Shown here piece after piece: positions 28,470 to 41,644 of a stretch of DNA of 64,000 nt. Numbering within the stretch: the stretch's first letter is position 1; each line of letters starts with the position of its first letter. The position numbers and the translations under genes are program-made. Below the pieces are notes generated by a model. That model had not been told where the DNA came from and did no database searches. It worked only from the letters and a program-made list of their open reading frames with translations. This DNA comes from Amphiscolops sp. MND2022 (taxonomy: Eukaryota): positions 10,666,001 to 10,730,000 of the forward strand of contig OZ076409.1 of assembly GCA_964187785.1 (NCBI GenBank). The letters run 5' to 3'.

Positions 28470-31400
28470 TCAGTCCGTACTTGTTGACGAGTCCATTTCG
28501 TTTGGTTCTTCGCTCTCTTCTTTTACCTTTTCTTCTTTTGTCCAACTGGTCTCAATATCTTCTTCATCTGTTTCTGGATATATTTCCTCGCTTTCTAATT
28601 GTTGTTTGGCTTTTTTGTTTTTCTTCATTTTCTTCACTTTTTTCTTTAGTGCTTTCATGGCGGGTTCTGGTTTCTTCTTTTGTTCTGGCATTGTGGGGAT
28701 TTCTGGTTCTTTTGTCAATTTTGGCATTATTTGTTGTTCTGCCAAATATTGCAAACTTGTGCTATCGTCGCTGTCTTGTTTGTTTTGGTCGCTGGCTTGA
28801 TTGTCGTCATTGGTAAATTCACCAGGTAGTGTTTGTTCACTGTATTTTCGGATTTCTTCTAGTCGTGTTGCTTCGCGTGATCAGCATGGCTTGTTTTTAT
28901 CAACTGTATTTCACACATCTCTTTCGGAGGTGATTGTGCTTTTGCTACTGCCTGCTGGGTGGAACGTAGTGGTGTGGTTTGTTTGCTCCAGTAGTGTTCC
29001 TTTTCTTTTCTTGTATGCACCTTCCAATTTGGTGCCCCGTGTCCTCTCCCTTACCAAGATTGTTGAGTCCTGTCCAGACTCGAAATCCGTGTCTGATAGC
29101 TTCACTGTTGAGGGTTCTGAAATACACCGAAAGGGTTCTGTTATTAGTTTCTTTATAGTATTTGGTTCTCGGCCTGTGTTTTTCTCGTATGCCAATTTCC
29201 TATTGGCTGATGGATACATCCGCAGAGCGAATAATATCTCTGATATGCCTGAATTGTCTTTACTCACTATTATTTTGTTGTTTGTTCTCAATATTTCGTT
29301 AATTGTATTGGTTTGTCTTTCAATTTTTCCGCTACCTCTGTTGTCACTTATTGGACATTTTATATGTTGAATTATTCGTTTACTGCAAAATTCTTTGAAC
29401 CGTTTACTTCTAAATGTTGTTGCTGGATCGGTTCGTATTGTTTTTGGAATTCCATGTTTTGCTATGTAACTTTTTAAGAAGTCTAATACTTTTTCGGTTG
29501 TTGGTTTTGGTAACAATTCTGCTTCTGGCCATCCTGTGAAATGGTCTATTGATACTAATAGGTACTTTTTGACTTTTCTGGCATTTTGAAATGGTCCTGC
29601 AAAATCGATTGCTATTTCTTGGTTAACTTCAGTGCATTTTGGTAATTTTCCTACTTGTTTTTGTCTAAGTAAAGGTTTGATATTCTTACCATCTTGTTGG
29701 CATTGTTTGCATGTTCGTGCGGGGGATACGAGTTCCCTGTGACGCCTTGGCCACCAGACATTTGACACAGTTGCCATCAACAGTTGCTGTCTCTCCCTGG
29801 GTGACCGTAGTGAGGTGAGCGGATAATAATTGTGCGAAGGTTTTTTGGGATGACTAGACGCTCATCCATATATAGGAAGTCGTTGTTGTCCAGGCTCAAA
29901 TTTTCGAATTGTTCCCTCCATGGGGTTGTTGGTAAGCAGGTGATTTTGGTAGTATTCTGCTTTTTTATCAATTTTATAATTTTTTGTAGGAATTCATCAG
30001 CTTCGTATTGCTAGGCAAATGCGTGCTTTCCCAGAGTTTGTATGACTTCTATTTGATTGGTAGAATAGCACATTGGTGCTTTTAGTGGTGGTTGATTTGC
30101 TGCATCAATTATGTGTTCACTCATTTTGTTTTAGTCGTCTGTTTCTTGCACGCAGTCACTTGACACTGCCGGTTTAATTGTTGCCACAACTTCTCTGATT
30201 GTTTTTTTTACATTTGTGCTTTCCGCTTCATTTGATTCTTTTACGCTTTCTTGCATTTCGTTCTCACTTGCCAGCTTCAATTTGATTGGCAGCTGTGTGG
30301 TGTTCTGCTGAGATGGCTTTTCAGAAACAATTTTGCATTTAGTTGTTTCGTTTACAGTGAACCAGTTGTTCCATAATTCTTCTGCTTCCATTTTTTGTTC
30401 GTTTTTGTTGCTCGGCGATGGGTGGCGTGATAGGTAGTCTGTCATTCCCATTGTTCTACCAGCTGCATGTACTACTTTGAACTGAAGTGGTAATAGCCTA
30501 TCTACCCAACGGGTAAGTCTAGATGAATAAGTTTTACTTGCCATATTATCTTTCAATACTGTCATTAATGCTTTGTGGTCTGAGACTACTTCGGATTCTG
30601 TTCCATATACGTAATTTTTAAAGTTTTCGATTGACCACACTACTGCATATAGTTGTAAATCATTTATTGAGTACTTTTGTTCAAATGTTGTCAAAAATCT
30701 GGATGCGAAGTGTGTTGTTACCCATCCTTTTCTTGTTTGTTGCTGTAAAACGGTTTCCAAGCCTTCCTTGCTGGCATCACATATTATTCTCAATGGTAGG
30801 TTTCTTTTAAAGTGCTTCAATCCATTCATTTTTTATGGCTTCTTTTATTTCTCCAAATGCTTGTTCATGTTCTCTTTTCCATACACTTTCTCCATCGTGT
30901 TTTAATAGTGGTCTCAGTGGTGCGCATAAGTTCGCTAGGTTGGGTATGAATTTGTTCATTTGATTGATTGCTCCCATGAAGGATCTCAAATCCTTCAAAT
31001 TTTACAGGATCAGTTTTTCTGTTACTGCTTGTACCTTTTCGTCAATGAGTTTGATTCCTTCTCCGGATAATTTGAACCCCAGCCATTCAGTTTCTGTTTT
31101 TGCGATAGTGCATTTCTCCCGTTTTAATCGTATTCCTGCATTGTCCTAGGCTCTGATTGTGTCTTCTATTTCTTTCAATTGATCCGCTTTGCTGCTTTTT
31201 GTTACAATTAGGATGTCATCTATGAAGGCGAAAGTTTTTGTCTTTTTATGTAATATATTGTCGATAATCTTCTGAAATTCGAGCGGCATTATTGTCAGGC
31301 CATAAAATCCTGTTTTGAACGCGTATGTGCTCGTGGTCTCGCCTCCGATTTTTTGCAAGTTGCAGTGTTTTGCTGTTTCCGGATGTAGTGTTGTTTGTCC

Positions 31401-33227
31401 GTATGCATATAGCATGTCCAGTGATGTGAATCGTACTTCTCCTTCTTGTTTGCCATTTACGATTTCCGCTATCTTTTCCATTGGGCTGTCCAGATTTGGC
31501 ATTTGGTATTTTTCTTCCATAATGGCATTGTTGAGTGATCTGGCATCCAATGCGATTTTGACACTTCGATCCTTTTTGACTCTTATTACCACTGGTTGTA
31601 TAAACATTTCGTCTGATATTTTGTCTACTCGTTCGATGTGTCCCACTTTTATAAGATTCGTTATTTCTGCATCTTCTGCTTTTTGGAGTTGTAATAGTAC
31701 TCTTCTACTCTTCTTCATTTCTGCTGTGTTGCTTTGGCTCCTTCCTTGACTTCTGTTTGAATCATGTGTCCCACAATTTTCCCTTGTCTGCTAAAACTTT
31801 TTGCAAACTTTTGTTCTATTCTTTTTAGTTCTGGCGATAATTTTATCTTTTCTATTTCCTTGTTGTTACTATTTATATTATTTAAACTATTGTTATACTC
31901 ATTCAAGTTGTTTATGTCAGCTACTCTGAAGTTTAGACTTGTTAACCAGTCCCTTCCGATTAGTGATTTCTTTCCGTCCCGTGTTATCACTACTCTGGCC
32001 TTCTTGATCTCTTTCTTTCCTACCTTCACGTCTACAGTTGTGAACCCTAGTAGCTTGAGTGGTCGTCCGTTGTAGTCTACATATTCTTCTCCATTTGGGA
32101 TTGGTCTGGCAAATAATACGTCTTTTTTCAGTATTTCTCTCAAATCACCTTGTGTGAATATTGGTATTGGAGAACCTGAGTCGATCATTGTGGTAAATGC
32201 CACATTATTGATTTTCCCTTTCAATACAAATGGTGGTGTTCTGTTTCCCCCTACTTGCAGTATCATATTCTCTGCGTCATCTTCTGTGCTGTTTTCTGAT
32301 TGCTTGTTTGCTTGATCAATCAGGTTGATTCTTCTCATTCCGCCTATCTGCGCGGTGTTGTTGTTTCCTCTGAAATTTCCATTTTCTCTCTGGTTGGTCG
32401 GATTCGCTCTTCTACACATTCGTGCGAAGTGACCATTCCCGCCACAACTGCGGCGTTGTTCTTTTACTGCTTTGCATCTCTGTAGATGATTTGTCGTAAA
32501 TTTGGCTCCACACCTTGTGCATGGGTTTGTCACTCGTTCATTGATTTGGTATACTGGTTCTGTTTTCGTTTCGTTTCTGTTGGCTGATGCCTTCTTCGAA
32601 TGCTATGGCAAATTTAAGCGCTTCTTCTGGTTCTTCTTTGGGCTCTGTGCACAATCGTTGTTGTACTGTCTTATTGTTCATGTTTTGTATGAACGCGTCT
32701 TTGATTAGACTTTTTGTCTGTTCTCCAAATTCGCGTCTTGCTGCTAGCCCGGTCAGGACCTTCCAGAACTGTCTGAGTGTCTCATTTTGTTGCTGTTTTC
32801 TTGCAAAGATATTATATCTATCCAGAGTTCGGTTTCTCGGTTTTATGAAGCAATTTTCACAGTTCTCTTTGATTTCTCTCATCGGTACTGTTGCTTCATC
32901 CATGTAGGGGAATTTATCAGTTAGGTGTTTTCGTCCTGCTTCTCCTATTGAAAGCAATAGTATACTGACTGTTTTTCTCTCCGCTGCTTCCTCGTTGAGG
33001 TTGTTTATCAATGCTGCTTGGCGTTGTTGTGTCGGGACTCTTGTTAGTTCTGTAACCGAAATGGAGTATTTTGCATTTACTGCCATCAAGAACAAATCCC
33101 ACCATTTTTCCCATTCTGTTTCAGGAGGGCATTCTGGCACATCCCAATATTCTGGCAGTCCTGCTAGAGCTGATGCTCCGCCTGCTCCTGACTGCCCGCC
33201 TGCTTCTGTTGTTTCTCGCAGCGCCAT
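28470..33227 (-). pseudogene. gag-pol: Frameshifted gag-pol of the Mag-like element
   Basis: Fragments: gag (WEKWWDLF), knuckles (CTRCG..H..C, CGGNGHFARMC), protease IDSGS/LIGRDWL, RT FIDD, RNase H CDAS/SDHKAL, integrase IDFAGP/TDPAT/GKIER, Lys-rich tail; several frameshifts and stops. Confidence 0.9.
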
Positions 33228-33434
33228 GTTAAAGGACACTACTAGCTATTCTGCTAAATACTGACGAATGGTAAATGATGACAAGAATGTATTGCTGAAC
33301 TGTACTAAGACCATGTGGTGAATGATCTATTTTTGATTATACTTTAGATCGATTCTTGTTTACAAATATATAATAAAGTTTAGACAACAATTAGTCTTTT
33401 CAAGACAGAGAGGTTAACTTAGCTCTCTCTCACA
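33227..33434 (-). repeat. 5' LTR of the Mag-like element
   Basis: Direct repeat of 27939-28146; followed on the plus strand by the ATCAT TSD. Confidence 0.93.
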
Positions 33435-33616
33435 ATCATCCTGTAATCATGGACATGTAATCGCATATGTGATGATCCTGTTTACACTAGACGTGTTAGA
33501 CAATACAATGGTTCGCTTTGTAACAAAGAGGACCAAACTTTGACAGTTCCAAGTTTTTTGTCAGACCTCAGATCTCACTCCACTGATTGGTCAACTTTTT
33601 GACTGCGTTTGCTAAT

Positions 33617-33672
33617 GCCTAGTGGTTACGATGTATGATTCCCAACCACGAGGGGTTTGGGTTCGAATCCTA
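33617..33672 (+). repeat. tRNA-derived SINE-like head
   Basis: A-box-like GCCTAGTGGTTA and B-box GGTTCGAATCC at tRNA spacing, no intact acceptor stem; similar heads at ~37003-37059 and ~62948-63006. Confidence 0.5.
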
Positions 33673-33873
33673 TTCAAATTAAAAAGCTTTTATGTTTGCA
33701 AATCTCGGCGGTTTTTTGGCAAGGATGCGATATTTTTCCATCAAAGTGTCACTATTTTCTTCATGTTTTCACTTTGGAAAGGTCTACATGTGGGTTGTTT
33801 GACAATGTGTGACTTTTTTTCATGGGAATTTTTGAAAATTTTTTCCTTTGCGTTTGATGATGTTTTGTGTTAG

Positions 33874-35577
33874 AGAAAAGAACTATTGAGTTCAAAGGGC
33901 GCGTTTCCAATTTTTGACAATGAGAATTTGATGAAAGCCATCCTGAGCATATTATTCAAAATTTGAGCTTTTTGACCCTTAAGACCAGTGCCGACTTGAG
34001 ACGTTCTCGTCTTGTTCATTTTGAAATGGGGGAGAAATAAACTAGTGTCTCAGGGTGAAATGGTTGAACAAAGGATGCAAAATGCGTTTTTCAGTAACTT
34101 TTCAAAGTAAATGCGACCGGAAATTGATAATGAGGTACTTTAACCAAAGTGTGGAATTTCTAAGGCTGCCCCCTGTTTGAGATCTCATTCATAGTCCAAA
34201 CTTTCCGCTCGAAAAAAGTAAACAAAAATTATTGTTCCTGAATGTTTTTTTTTCGTCGGAATTGTTCGAGAAATGTTTAAAGGTTGCCACTACTTTTTAT
34301 GACTTTCAAAACTTCTTGTTTCAAAAATATTCATGTAAAAATATTTCCCGGGTTTGCCGACCGGGCCGATCATAATCTGATCATAATATGTGACCATACA
34401 AATCATACAGATTTCCTTACTATGATCTCGCCATGATCGGCCTGGAATCATATATGGTCCAGAGTATGATCGGCCTGGAATCATATATGGTCCAGAGTAT
34501 GATCAGCCTGGAATCATAAATTTTTATTCCAACCGCGGGTTGACGTGACATGCAACCCAAACAAAAATTTTCAAATATTGAGAACAGCCAGCTTTATAGG
34601 CTGAGGGCAAAAGAGCCATATTCGACCTTTTGTATCTGCGAACGATACATTGCAGGTCAGAACTCCTTTAAACTCTTAGCGGAGTTAAAAACAAACTATA
34701 GTCACTCAATTTGTTCTCAGCCACTAGAAAAGAACTATTGAGTTCAAAGGGCGCGTTTCCAATTTTTGACAATGAGAATTTGATGAAAGCCATCCTGAGC
34801 ATATTATTCAAAATTTGAGCTTTTTGACCCTTAAGACCAGTGCCGACTTGAGACGTTCTCGTCTTGTTCATTTTGAAATGGGGGAGAAATAAACTAGTGT
34901 CTCAGGGTGAAATGGTTGAACAAAGGATGCAAAATGCGTTTTTCAGTAACTTTTCAAAGTAAATGCGACCGGAAATTGATAATGAGGTACTTTAACCAAA
35001 GTGTGGAATTTCTAAGGCTGCCCCCTGTTTGAGATCTCATTCATAGTCCAAACTTTCCGCTCGAAAAAAGTAAACAAAAATTATTGTTCCTGAATGTTTT
35101 TTTTTCGTCGGAATTGTTCGAGAAATGTTTAAAGGTTGCCACTACTTTTTATGACTTTCAAAACTTCTTGTTACAAAAATATTCATGTAAAAATATTTCC
35201 CGGGTTTGCCGACCGGGCCGATCATAATCTGATCATAATATGTGACCATACAAATCATACAGATTTCCTTACTATGATCTCGCCATGATCGGCCTGGAAT
35301 CATATATGGTCCAGAGTATGATCGGCCTGGAATCATATATGGTCCAGAGTATGATCAGCCTGGAATCATAAATTTTTATTCCAACCGCGGGTTGACGTGA
35401 CATGCAACCCAAACAAAAATTTTCAAATATTGAGAACAGCCAGCTTTATAGGCTGAGGGCAAAAGAGCCATATTCGACCTTTTGTATCTGCGAACGATAC
35501 ATTGCAGGTCAGAACTCCTTTAAACTCTTAGCGGAGTTAAAAACAAACTATAGTCACTCAATTTGTTCTCAGCCACT
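33874..35577. repeat. Head-to-tail tandem duplication of 852 bp (33874-34725, 34726-35577)
   Basis: Near-identical copies (one visible substitution, cttgtttc/cttgttac); no spacer. Confidence 0.93.
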
Positions 35578-36160
35578 CCTTAGTTAATAACTAACTCTTT
35601 TGTCATAGCAGTACTCACTTTGCAGTGTGATTTTCGATTATTTCGAGAAAAATTACCAATAATTCAGCAAAAGCTGCCAAAAATTGATGATTGCTACCTT
35701 GTTTTCAATTTGGTGATTGTATTGGACCTTTGATTGAGAAATATCTTGTAATTTCATCAGTGTATGCGTTAATTGACTACATTATCCTTATTTTCTTTTT
35801 ATGGCTCCAGGTTGACCATACTCTGGGCCATAAAGGTTTATGGTTCCAGGCTGATCGTAGAGTGAACCATATATGGCCCAGAATGTGGTCATGCTGGAAC
35901 CATAAACTTTGCTTTTTTAATGGAACATGGCGTATCATAGACTGAACCATATATGGCCCAGAATATGGTCATGCTGGAACCATAAACTTTGCTTTTTCAA
36001 TGGAACATGGCGTATCATAGACTGGACCATATATGCGCAGAGTATGGTCAGCCTGGAACCATAAACCTTCATGGTCCAGAGTATGATTAGCCTGGAATCA
36101 TACTGTGAGTATGATGGCAGAGTATGATTGACCTGTTTGTGAATGGGAGGGAAACCCGGG
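35199..36160. mobile_element. Non-autonomous CCC...GGG TIR element with 33-bp subterminal repeats, 962 bp
   Basis: CCCGGGTTT...AAACCCGGG; TT on both flanks; repeated TATGATCGGCCTGGAATCATATATGGTCCAGAG-type units near both ends. Confidence 0.75.
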
Positions 36161-36697
36161 TTTCGTTTGTACTTGACGTTTTTGAAGCTGCTCTAAATTT
36201 CAAAAATTTGGCGACACTTTGAATCCGTTATTGTTTTGCTGGTTTTTAAAACGTTATTTGTGCTTTTTTCTTGTAGCTGAAATTTCATCGATTATACCGC
36301 CATTTCATGGAAACGTTTTTTCCGCCACGATATAAACTTCAATCCAGTATCATCTTAAGCGTACGCGGATCTTTATGAGGTTTGAATGCTTTTCATACAC
36401 TTGTATGGTCATCTTATGACGTAGCTGATTTTATACAGCACCATATACACCGTTTTATAATCTAGGCGTTTTTTGTATGGAGGTCGAAATGGGGTTCTTT
36501 TTGAGATACTTTTGATAAGAAAAGTAGTTGAGAAATCAAAGTTTGAATTCTGTGTTTTGAATCTGTGTTGGTAAGGAAGTGGCATATATTTCGAAGTAGT
36601 ATAAACTGCATTGTAATCCTATGAAGTTTGAATGCAGCGTGTAAAAAGTTTGAAAAGTTTTATACAAAGAATTGCTGAAGTTTGAACTTGCTTTCAG

Positions 36698-36866
36698 CTC
36701 AGAACTACTACCGGAAATCCATCTTGCAAAACGGAGGCTTCGTGCCTCTTGACTTGGAGGAGGATTTGTACCCCCCTGAATTGGACTGTACGGTGGAGAG
36801 AAAGGCCGTTTCTCAGCTGCTGCAAGCCAGCTTTCAAGATGACGATTCTAATTATATAGAAATCAC
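36698..36866 (+). CDS. Host gene exon B
   Basis: gctttcAG acceptor, GTTAGA donor, frame AQNYYRK...YIEIT, phase 1 to 2, fits both neighbours. Confidence 0.65.
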
Positions 36867-37337
36867 GTTAGAGTCTTTATAAGTATTTCTACCCTCGTTA
36901 GTCTGGTTTTCTTGGAAAAATAGTGATTATTACAGTGGCAGGTTTTTCTCCAGATTTTGCTGAAACGTCAACTTTTATTGCAAAGTCAAACATCAGATTT
37001 ATGATGGCCTAGGGGCTAGGGCGCGGGTTCGCAAGCAGAAGGTTGCGGGTTCAGATCCCATTGATGCATTTTTTTCATGTACTAGGATTGTGTGACATGA
37101 CCAAAACACCCTAACGTATTTACACGGGATACAGCGTACAGAATTGGGAAGAAACTTATTCGGTTATTGTAAGTATTTTTCTAATTTCTGGAAAACATTG
37201 AAAAGCTTCCTCTTTGTTTGAATAATTTTTCTCAACAAAACAGCTCAAATATCTCCTCATTGAGTTGTTTCACCATTTTGAGCACTTGCTATTTCTTGTT
37301 AGATTTTGAAGTTTTTGATTCTCCAGTTTAATTTCAG

Positions 37338-37582
37338 TGAAGAATTCAATCTCGACTCGAAGTTCCACTCCAAAATGTCTCTCTCCTTATTACTTGGAGA
37401 GAAACGAAAGCAGAACTTTGCTAAGTGGCAGATGAAACTACAAGAAGGAATCACTGGCATTCTGAATCAGAAGAAAGGCTTGACTGAAGCTGAAAACGAT
37501 CCTATTAAACGATTTGAAGTGAAAAGCAAGAAAAGTCCTCAGCCATATGATGATGTAGAAGGGTTTGAGTTTGCTGATATTG
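37338..37582 (+). CDS. Host gene exon C
   Basis: aatttcAG acceptor, GTGAGT donor, frame EEFNLDS...FEFADI, phase 2 to 1. Confidence 0.75.
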
Positions 37583-40500
37583 GTGAGTTTTACCTTTGGA
37601 AACATGCAAAAAGGTGTGATTCAACAAACGGTGAATAAAAGTCACGCCATCTCAGGTTTACAGGTCATGGCTTCTCATACATGATTCAGCCTGATGCATG
37701 AGATCTATGCCGACAATCAATCTATGATCATGGAAAGATAGATATCCATGATTGATCATGAATGATGCCATGGATGTTCGTAGATGGAAAACTATAATGC
37801 CATGTATGATCATGGATGAAAATCCATGAATTCAACCAGGAAATTTCCGAAATTTCATTTATTTTGGTTGAACACTACTGGAACAGGAAATAACAGAACT
37901 GAAACTATCACGCACAGAACTTAGAAATGTTTGCAAACAGTTGCGTAAAGCAAAAGTGAAGTCGAAAGCCTTTGCGTTGAAACAGCCATCCATGGACAAG
38001 GTAATCATTCGAGAGGTTGGAAAAACGTAGCAAAAAGAATGTTTTTCTACTTAAACGAATCTTTATAAACGAATAAACGAAAAAAAGAACAGAACTCCTT
38101 GAAACTATTATTGATCCAATTACCTACCCGTATGGACAACACCAACCAACTGATAGTAAAAAAAATACCTTTTATCAACGCAGAAACCAACTTGTGATGC
38201 AAGCTCATGAGAACAACTGCAACCAAAAAAGTTAGTACAGTCGCAAGTTCTGACAATGAAAACTCAAACAGATAATCTAGTGATTGGATCTAGAATAATC
38301 AAGCGAATGTGGAATAATTCCCTACCCAAGAATTCTAATACTTGTCTTATCCTGGCTCAACCAGCAAAAAAACGTGAACATGTCCAGAAATATGAGATTG
38401 AAAAAGCCTATAAAATTGTTTTTGTGTGAAGTTCCGCCATCACGCCGTTTCGGAAGATACCTTATTAAGAACTCCTAAATTGACAAGTGGAACAGTTTAC
38501 AACATGATAACTTCGAAGAAGTTGAGTCTATTCAAATTATCAAGCACGATCAACTAATAAACGCCTTCAACAACGCTGATCAAAAATGTTAGAAAGAAAT
38601 ACAATCCCTAGAATTCCAACAACCTACCGCAGGACATGGGCTGTCATCATAACTTTCGGTATAACAGTAATGTCCCGATCTCTTACCGTCATCAGTCTAC
38701 TAGCAATTTTAGAAAAGGCTATTAGAATTTCTAGTTTTTCGTCAGTGTTTTTTTCGATACATCTGGAGTGACCAAAATACTTCGAGCAAAAGTTCCACAA
38801 AATGTAAAGGCGCCAAAATGTTTCTTTTGGCCCAAGGAACTGAACCAAAAACGTCTTTCCTTTTTTCTGCTTTACATACAATACTGGGTGGGACTTAACG
38901 GTTTTCCTTCCATTTTTTCCGGCATCGTGCGAGATTTTTTTTGCTGAAAATATCCTCAAGGGGTCCCTTTTCATTTTTTTTGGAGTTTTGCCTCTAAATA
39001 AATGTTGAAAAATATCAAAGTGTCCCCCTTTCAGATTTTTGGTTTTGTGAGATTTTTTTCAAGAGAATTTTTTTTCATCAAAGAGTCGCTCCTTCAATGT
39101 TTTTGTTAATTAGCGACAAAATTTATAAAACATCGAAGGACGTCCCCCTGGCGCGGCAAATTGGTTCAACTTTCGGGTTTTTCGTTTGCTGTAGAAGGGA
39201 ATACTTTGAAACTTCGGAGTCATTTTGCTATTTTTGATCCTCAGATATGGCGCCGACTTAGGCCGTTACCGCTTGTTATTTTTTCGAAGTTGATTTTTTT
39301 AACTTCAAAAAGTGCCTGTGCGATTCACTTCTTCCACCGCTTCTGGCAACATAGGACGTAAACTTGCTATCAATGAACGTACTTCAATTCTTCGAACAAC
39401 ATTAAACCTCTTACGTAACAAAAACATCATATTCATTAGTACTGTCTAAGAAATTTACAAAGATAAAAATGCGACGACGTCGAATCAAACCCCGGACCAT
39501 TGGTCAATAATAGGACCGTCGTTAAACTTAAAGAACTCAACAAAAGACTAAAGCTTTTCAACATCAAAGCAACAATGAAACAAAAACAAGTTATCAATAT
39601 TAACTACAACTACAGAAAAGTTTATATCATCTTTCTCCTGAACAGCTATCTTTGAGCATTGATTTTGCAGTAACTGAAAAAACTAATCACTCTTATGGGC
39701 AAATACATCAATCATTGATTACACGAGAACGCGCGAAAAAAAAAGATTTGGACACCTTTATTTTACGCTTGAAGAATGTTTTCGCTGTTTGTAAATTCCC
39801 ACGAAGTGCTTTGGAAAAGTCAATTTTTAGAAGACGCTTTTCAAACCGCTACGATAAAAACGAATTTCCAAATGTGGATAATGACAGATACCAAGCAATA
39901 TTTCTAAGATAAATAATCTTCCAAGCACTCAATCGTTATAGTTTTTCTCCACTCTCAAAGAAGGTAAATGTAAATCGTCAGCTTCAGAGAGTTTCTTCCA
40001 ACGATCTCTTTCAGAAGTTCGTTTTAAAATTGTTGTTCGAGAAGTGAAGTGCCCCATTCGTTTACTTCTGTAAAATCTGCGTACTAGGTCACAGTGGTAT
40101 TATCTTTCAGCAAAAGCTTTCTTAGATGTTTGTGTTTTTTTTGGAACGCAGCAGAACTTTTTCCTTGGTTGCATTTAAGTTCTACATTAAATCGGTTTTT
40201 CGTAGTGAGAAAGAAAGTTCTGTACTGTAAAAAATTGTTTAAAATGCATGTCCGGAATTGTTTTGTCGATAGATCTGAATTTTGGTCCACATTCCATGTT
40301 TAAAATGATTCCCAGTCAAGAGTTTTTGAACATAGATTCGTTCGTGATTAAACCGGAAAACTTTCTGGTAGACTTTGAGAGGATTATTTAATACTCCGAG
40401 AAATTTTCATCAAAGTAAACACTCATGGATTATCTATCCCAAAGGATCAAATCCTGTTAAATTATACCAGAAAATCATGAAAAGCGAATTTGCCAAAACG

Positions 40501-40638
40501 TTGTATGTTCTCGCTGGAATGAAGTTTTTCCAAACACTTTACGATAACATGCACTTGAAACTGTTCTGGAAAATCATATTCAGGTTCAATTTACTTATAG
40601 CAAAATCAAATTGAGTTGTGGTGTCAATTGTATTTCAG

Positions 40639-40768
40639 GAGAAGCAGACGCCCCTGCTTTGCGCTATTTAGGTTCTTCCTATCCAGAAACCCAAACAAAT
40701 GAGCACCGACTTGTTATTGGCACCAAAGAATTCGACAAAATGAAATCGACCGATACCGATCATCACAG
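40639..40768 (+). CDS. Host gene exon D
   Basis: tatttcAG acceptor, GTAGAT donor, frame GEADAPALRY...DTDHHR, phase 1 to 2. Confidence 0.72.
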
Positions 40769-41416
40769 GTAGATTGATTATCACTGAGGTTTTTTAAGAG
40801 CCCTCTCACTGACATTATGTTATGACAACGAGTGTTCAATTGAGCCGTACAAAGGAAAACTGATTCATAAACGTTATTCTTCACATTAATAGGGTTTTTG
40901 ACTACGTTATCATTACGACTATGTAAAAAATGCAGGGGGTTCTCATGGTTCCATGCGAAATACCAATATTCTCCATACTTTTTCAACCATACTTTTCCAT
41001 ACATATGGAAAGTATGTATGTCAATGTATCATGGATGGAATCACTTGAGGCGTATTACAAGCTCGAATGAAAAAAGTCATTTGCCCAGTTCAGAGGATGG
41101 ACGCCGAATAATTAGTTCCGCTTTTCCAAGTCGGTGCCTTTATTTTCTGGGACACTATCTGGTTATTTCAATTCTTTCAGCAATTTGAGCACACAGAAAT
41201 TTTTATGTGCCGTCATTAAAAATCTTCTATGTTGATAATACTGTTGGAGACTGCTCCTTCTCTCTTAGTGTATTAGAGAAAAAACTTTGAAAAATGATTG
41301 AACTTCATTCAAGCGCATGTTGTATCAGTGATTGTCAATTTGATAAAGCTCGAAAAAACCTCCAAATACCACGTCAGTTTTTGCTAATCACTTGCTTTCC
41401 TTGCTTTCCGTGGTAG

Positions 41417-41611
41417 GGAAAAATCGGCGCATGTCGGCAAAAGTCACAGTGCTTCCAGGAAAACTGAATTGCATCTCAGAATCCCGTCCGGTTCAAGCCC
41501 ATCAGAAGCAGGATTCGATTTCAGCGGGATGAAGGACGAAACCCAAACAAGGAACATCTCAACTATGCATGTTCCAGGAAATTCTACCGGGCTCGAATCT
41601 TTCGAAGAAAG
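41417..41611 (+). CDS. Host gene exon E
   Basis: Pyrimidine tract then tggtAG, GTTACA donor, frame EKSAHVG...ESFEER, phase 2 to 2. Confidence 0.68.
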
Positions 41612-41644
41612 GTTACAAGTTATTCATCAATTCGGAATTTCGAT

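Larger units (their letters stand above)
27939..33434 (-). mobile_element. Decayed Ty3/Gypsy (Mag-like) LTR retrotransposon, 5496 bp
   Basis: 208-bp LTRs (27939-28146, 33227-33434; about 8 differences), ATCAT 5-bp TSD, PBS TGGCGCTGCGAG abutting the LTR, fragmented gag-pol. Confidence 0.95.

Noticed and set aside
28319..29370. Hydrophobic plus-strand ORFs (165 and 189 aa) as membrane proteins
   Set aside because: They are antisense to the A-rich, Lys-rich integrase region of the Mag-like element.
33617..33672. Functional tRNA genes here and at ~37003 and ~62948
   Set aside because: A/B boxes are present but no complete cloverleaf; better explained as SINE heads.
34290..35587. Duplicated small ORFs (MIPGRSYSG..., MQPKQK...)
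   Set aside because: They come from MITE subterminal repeats copied by the 852-bp tandem duplication.
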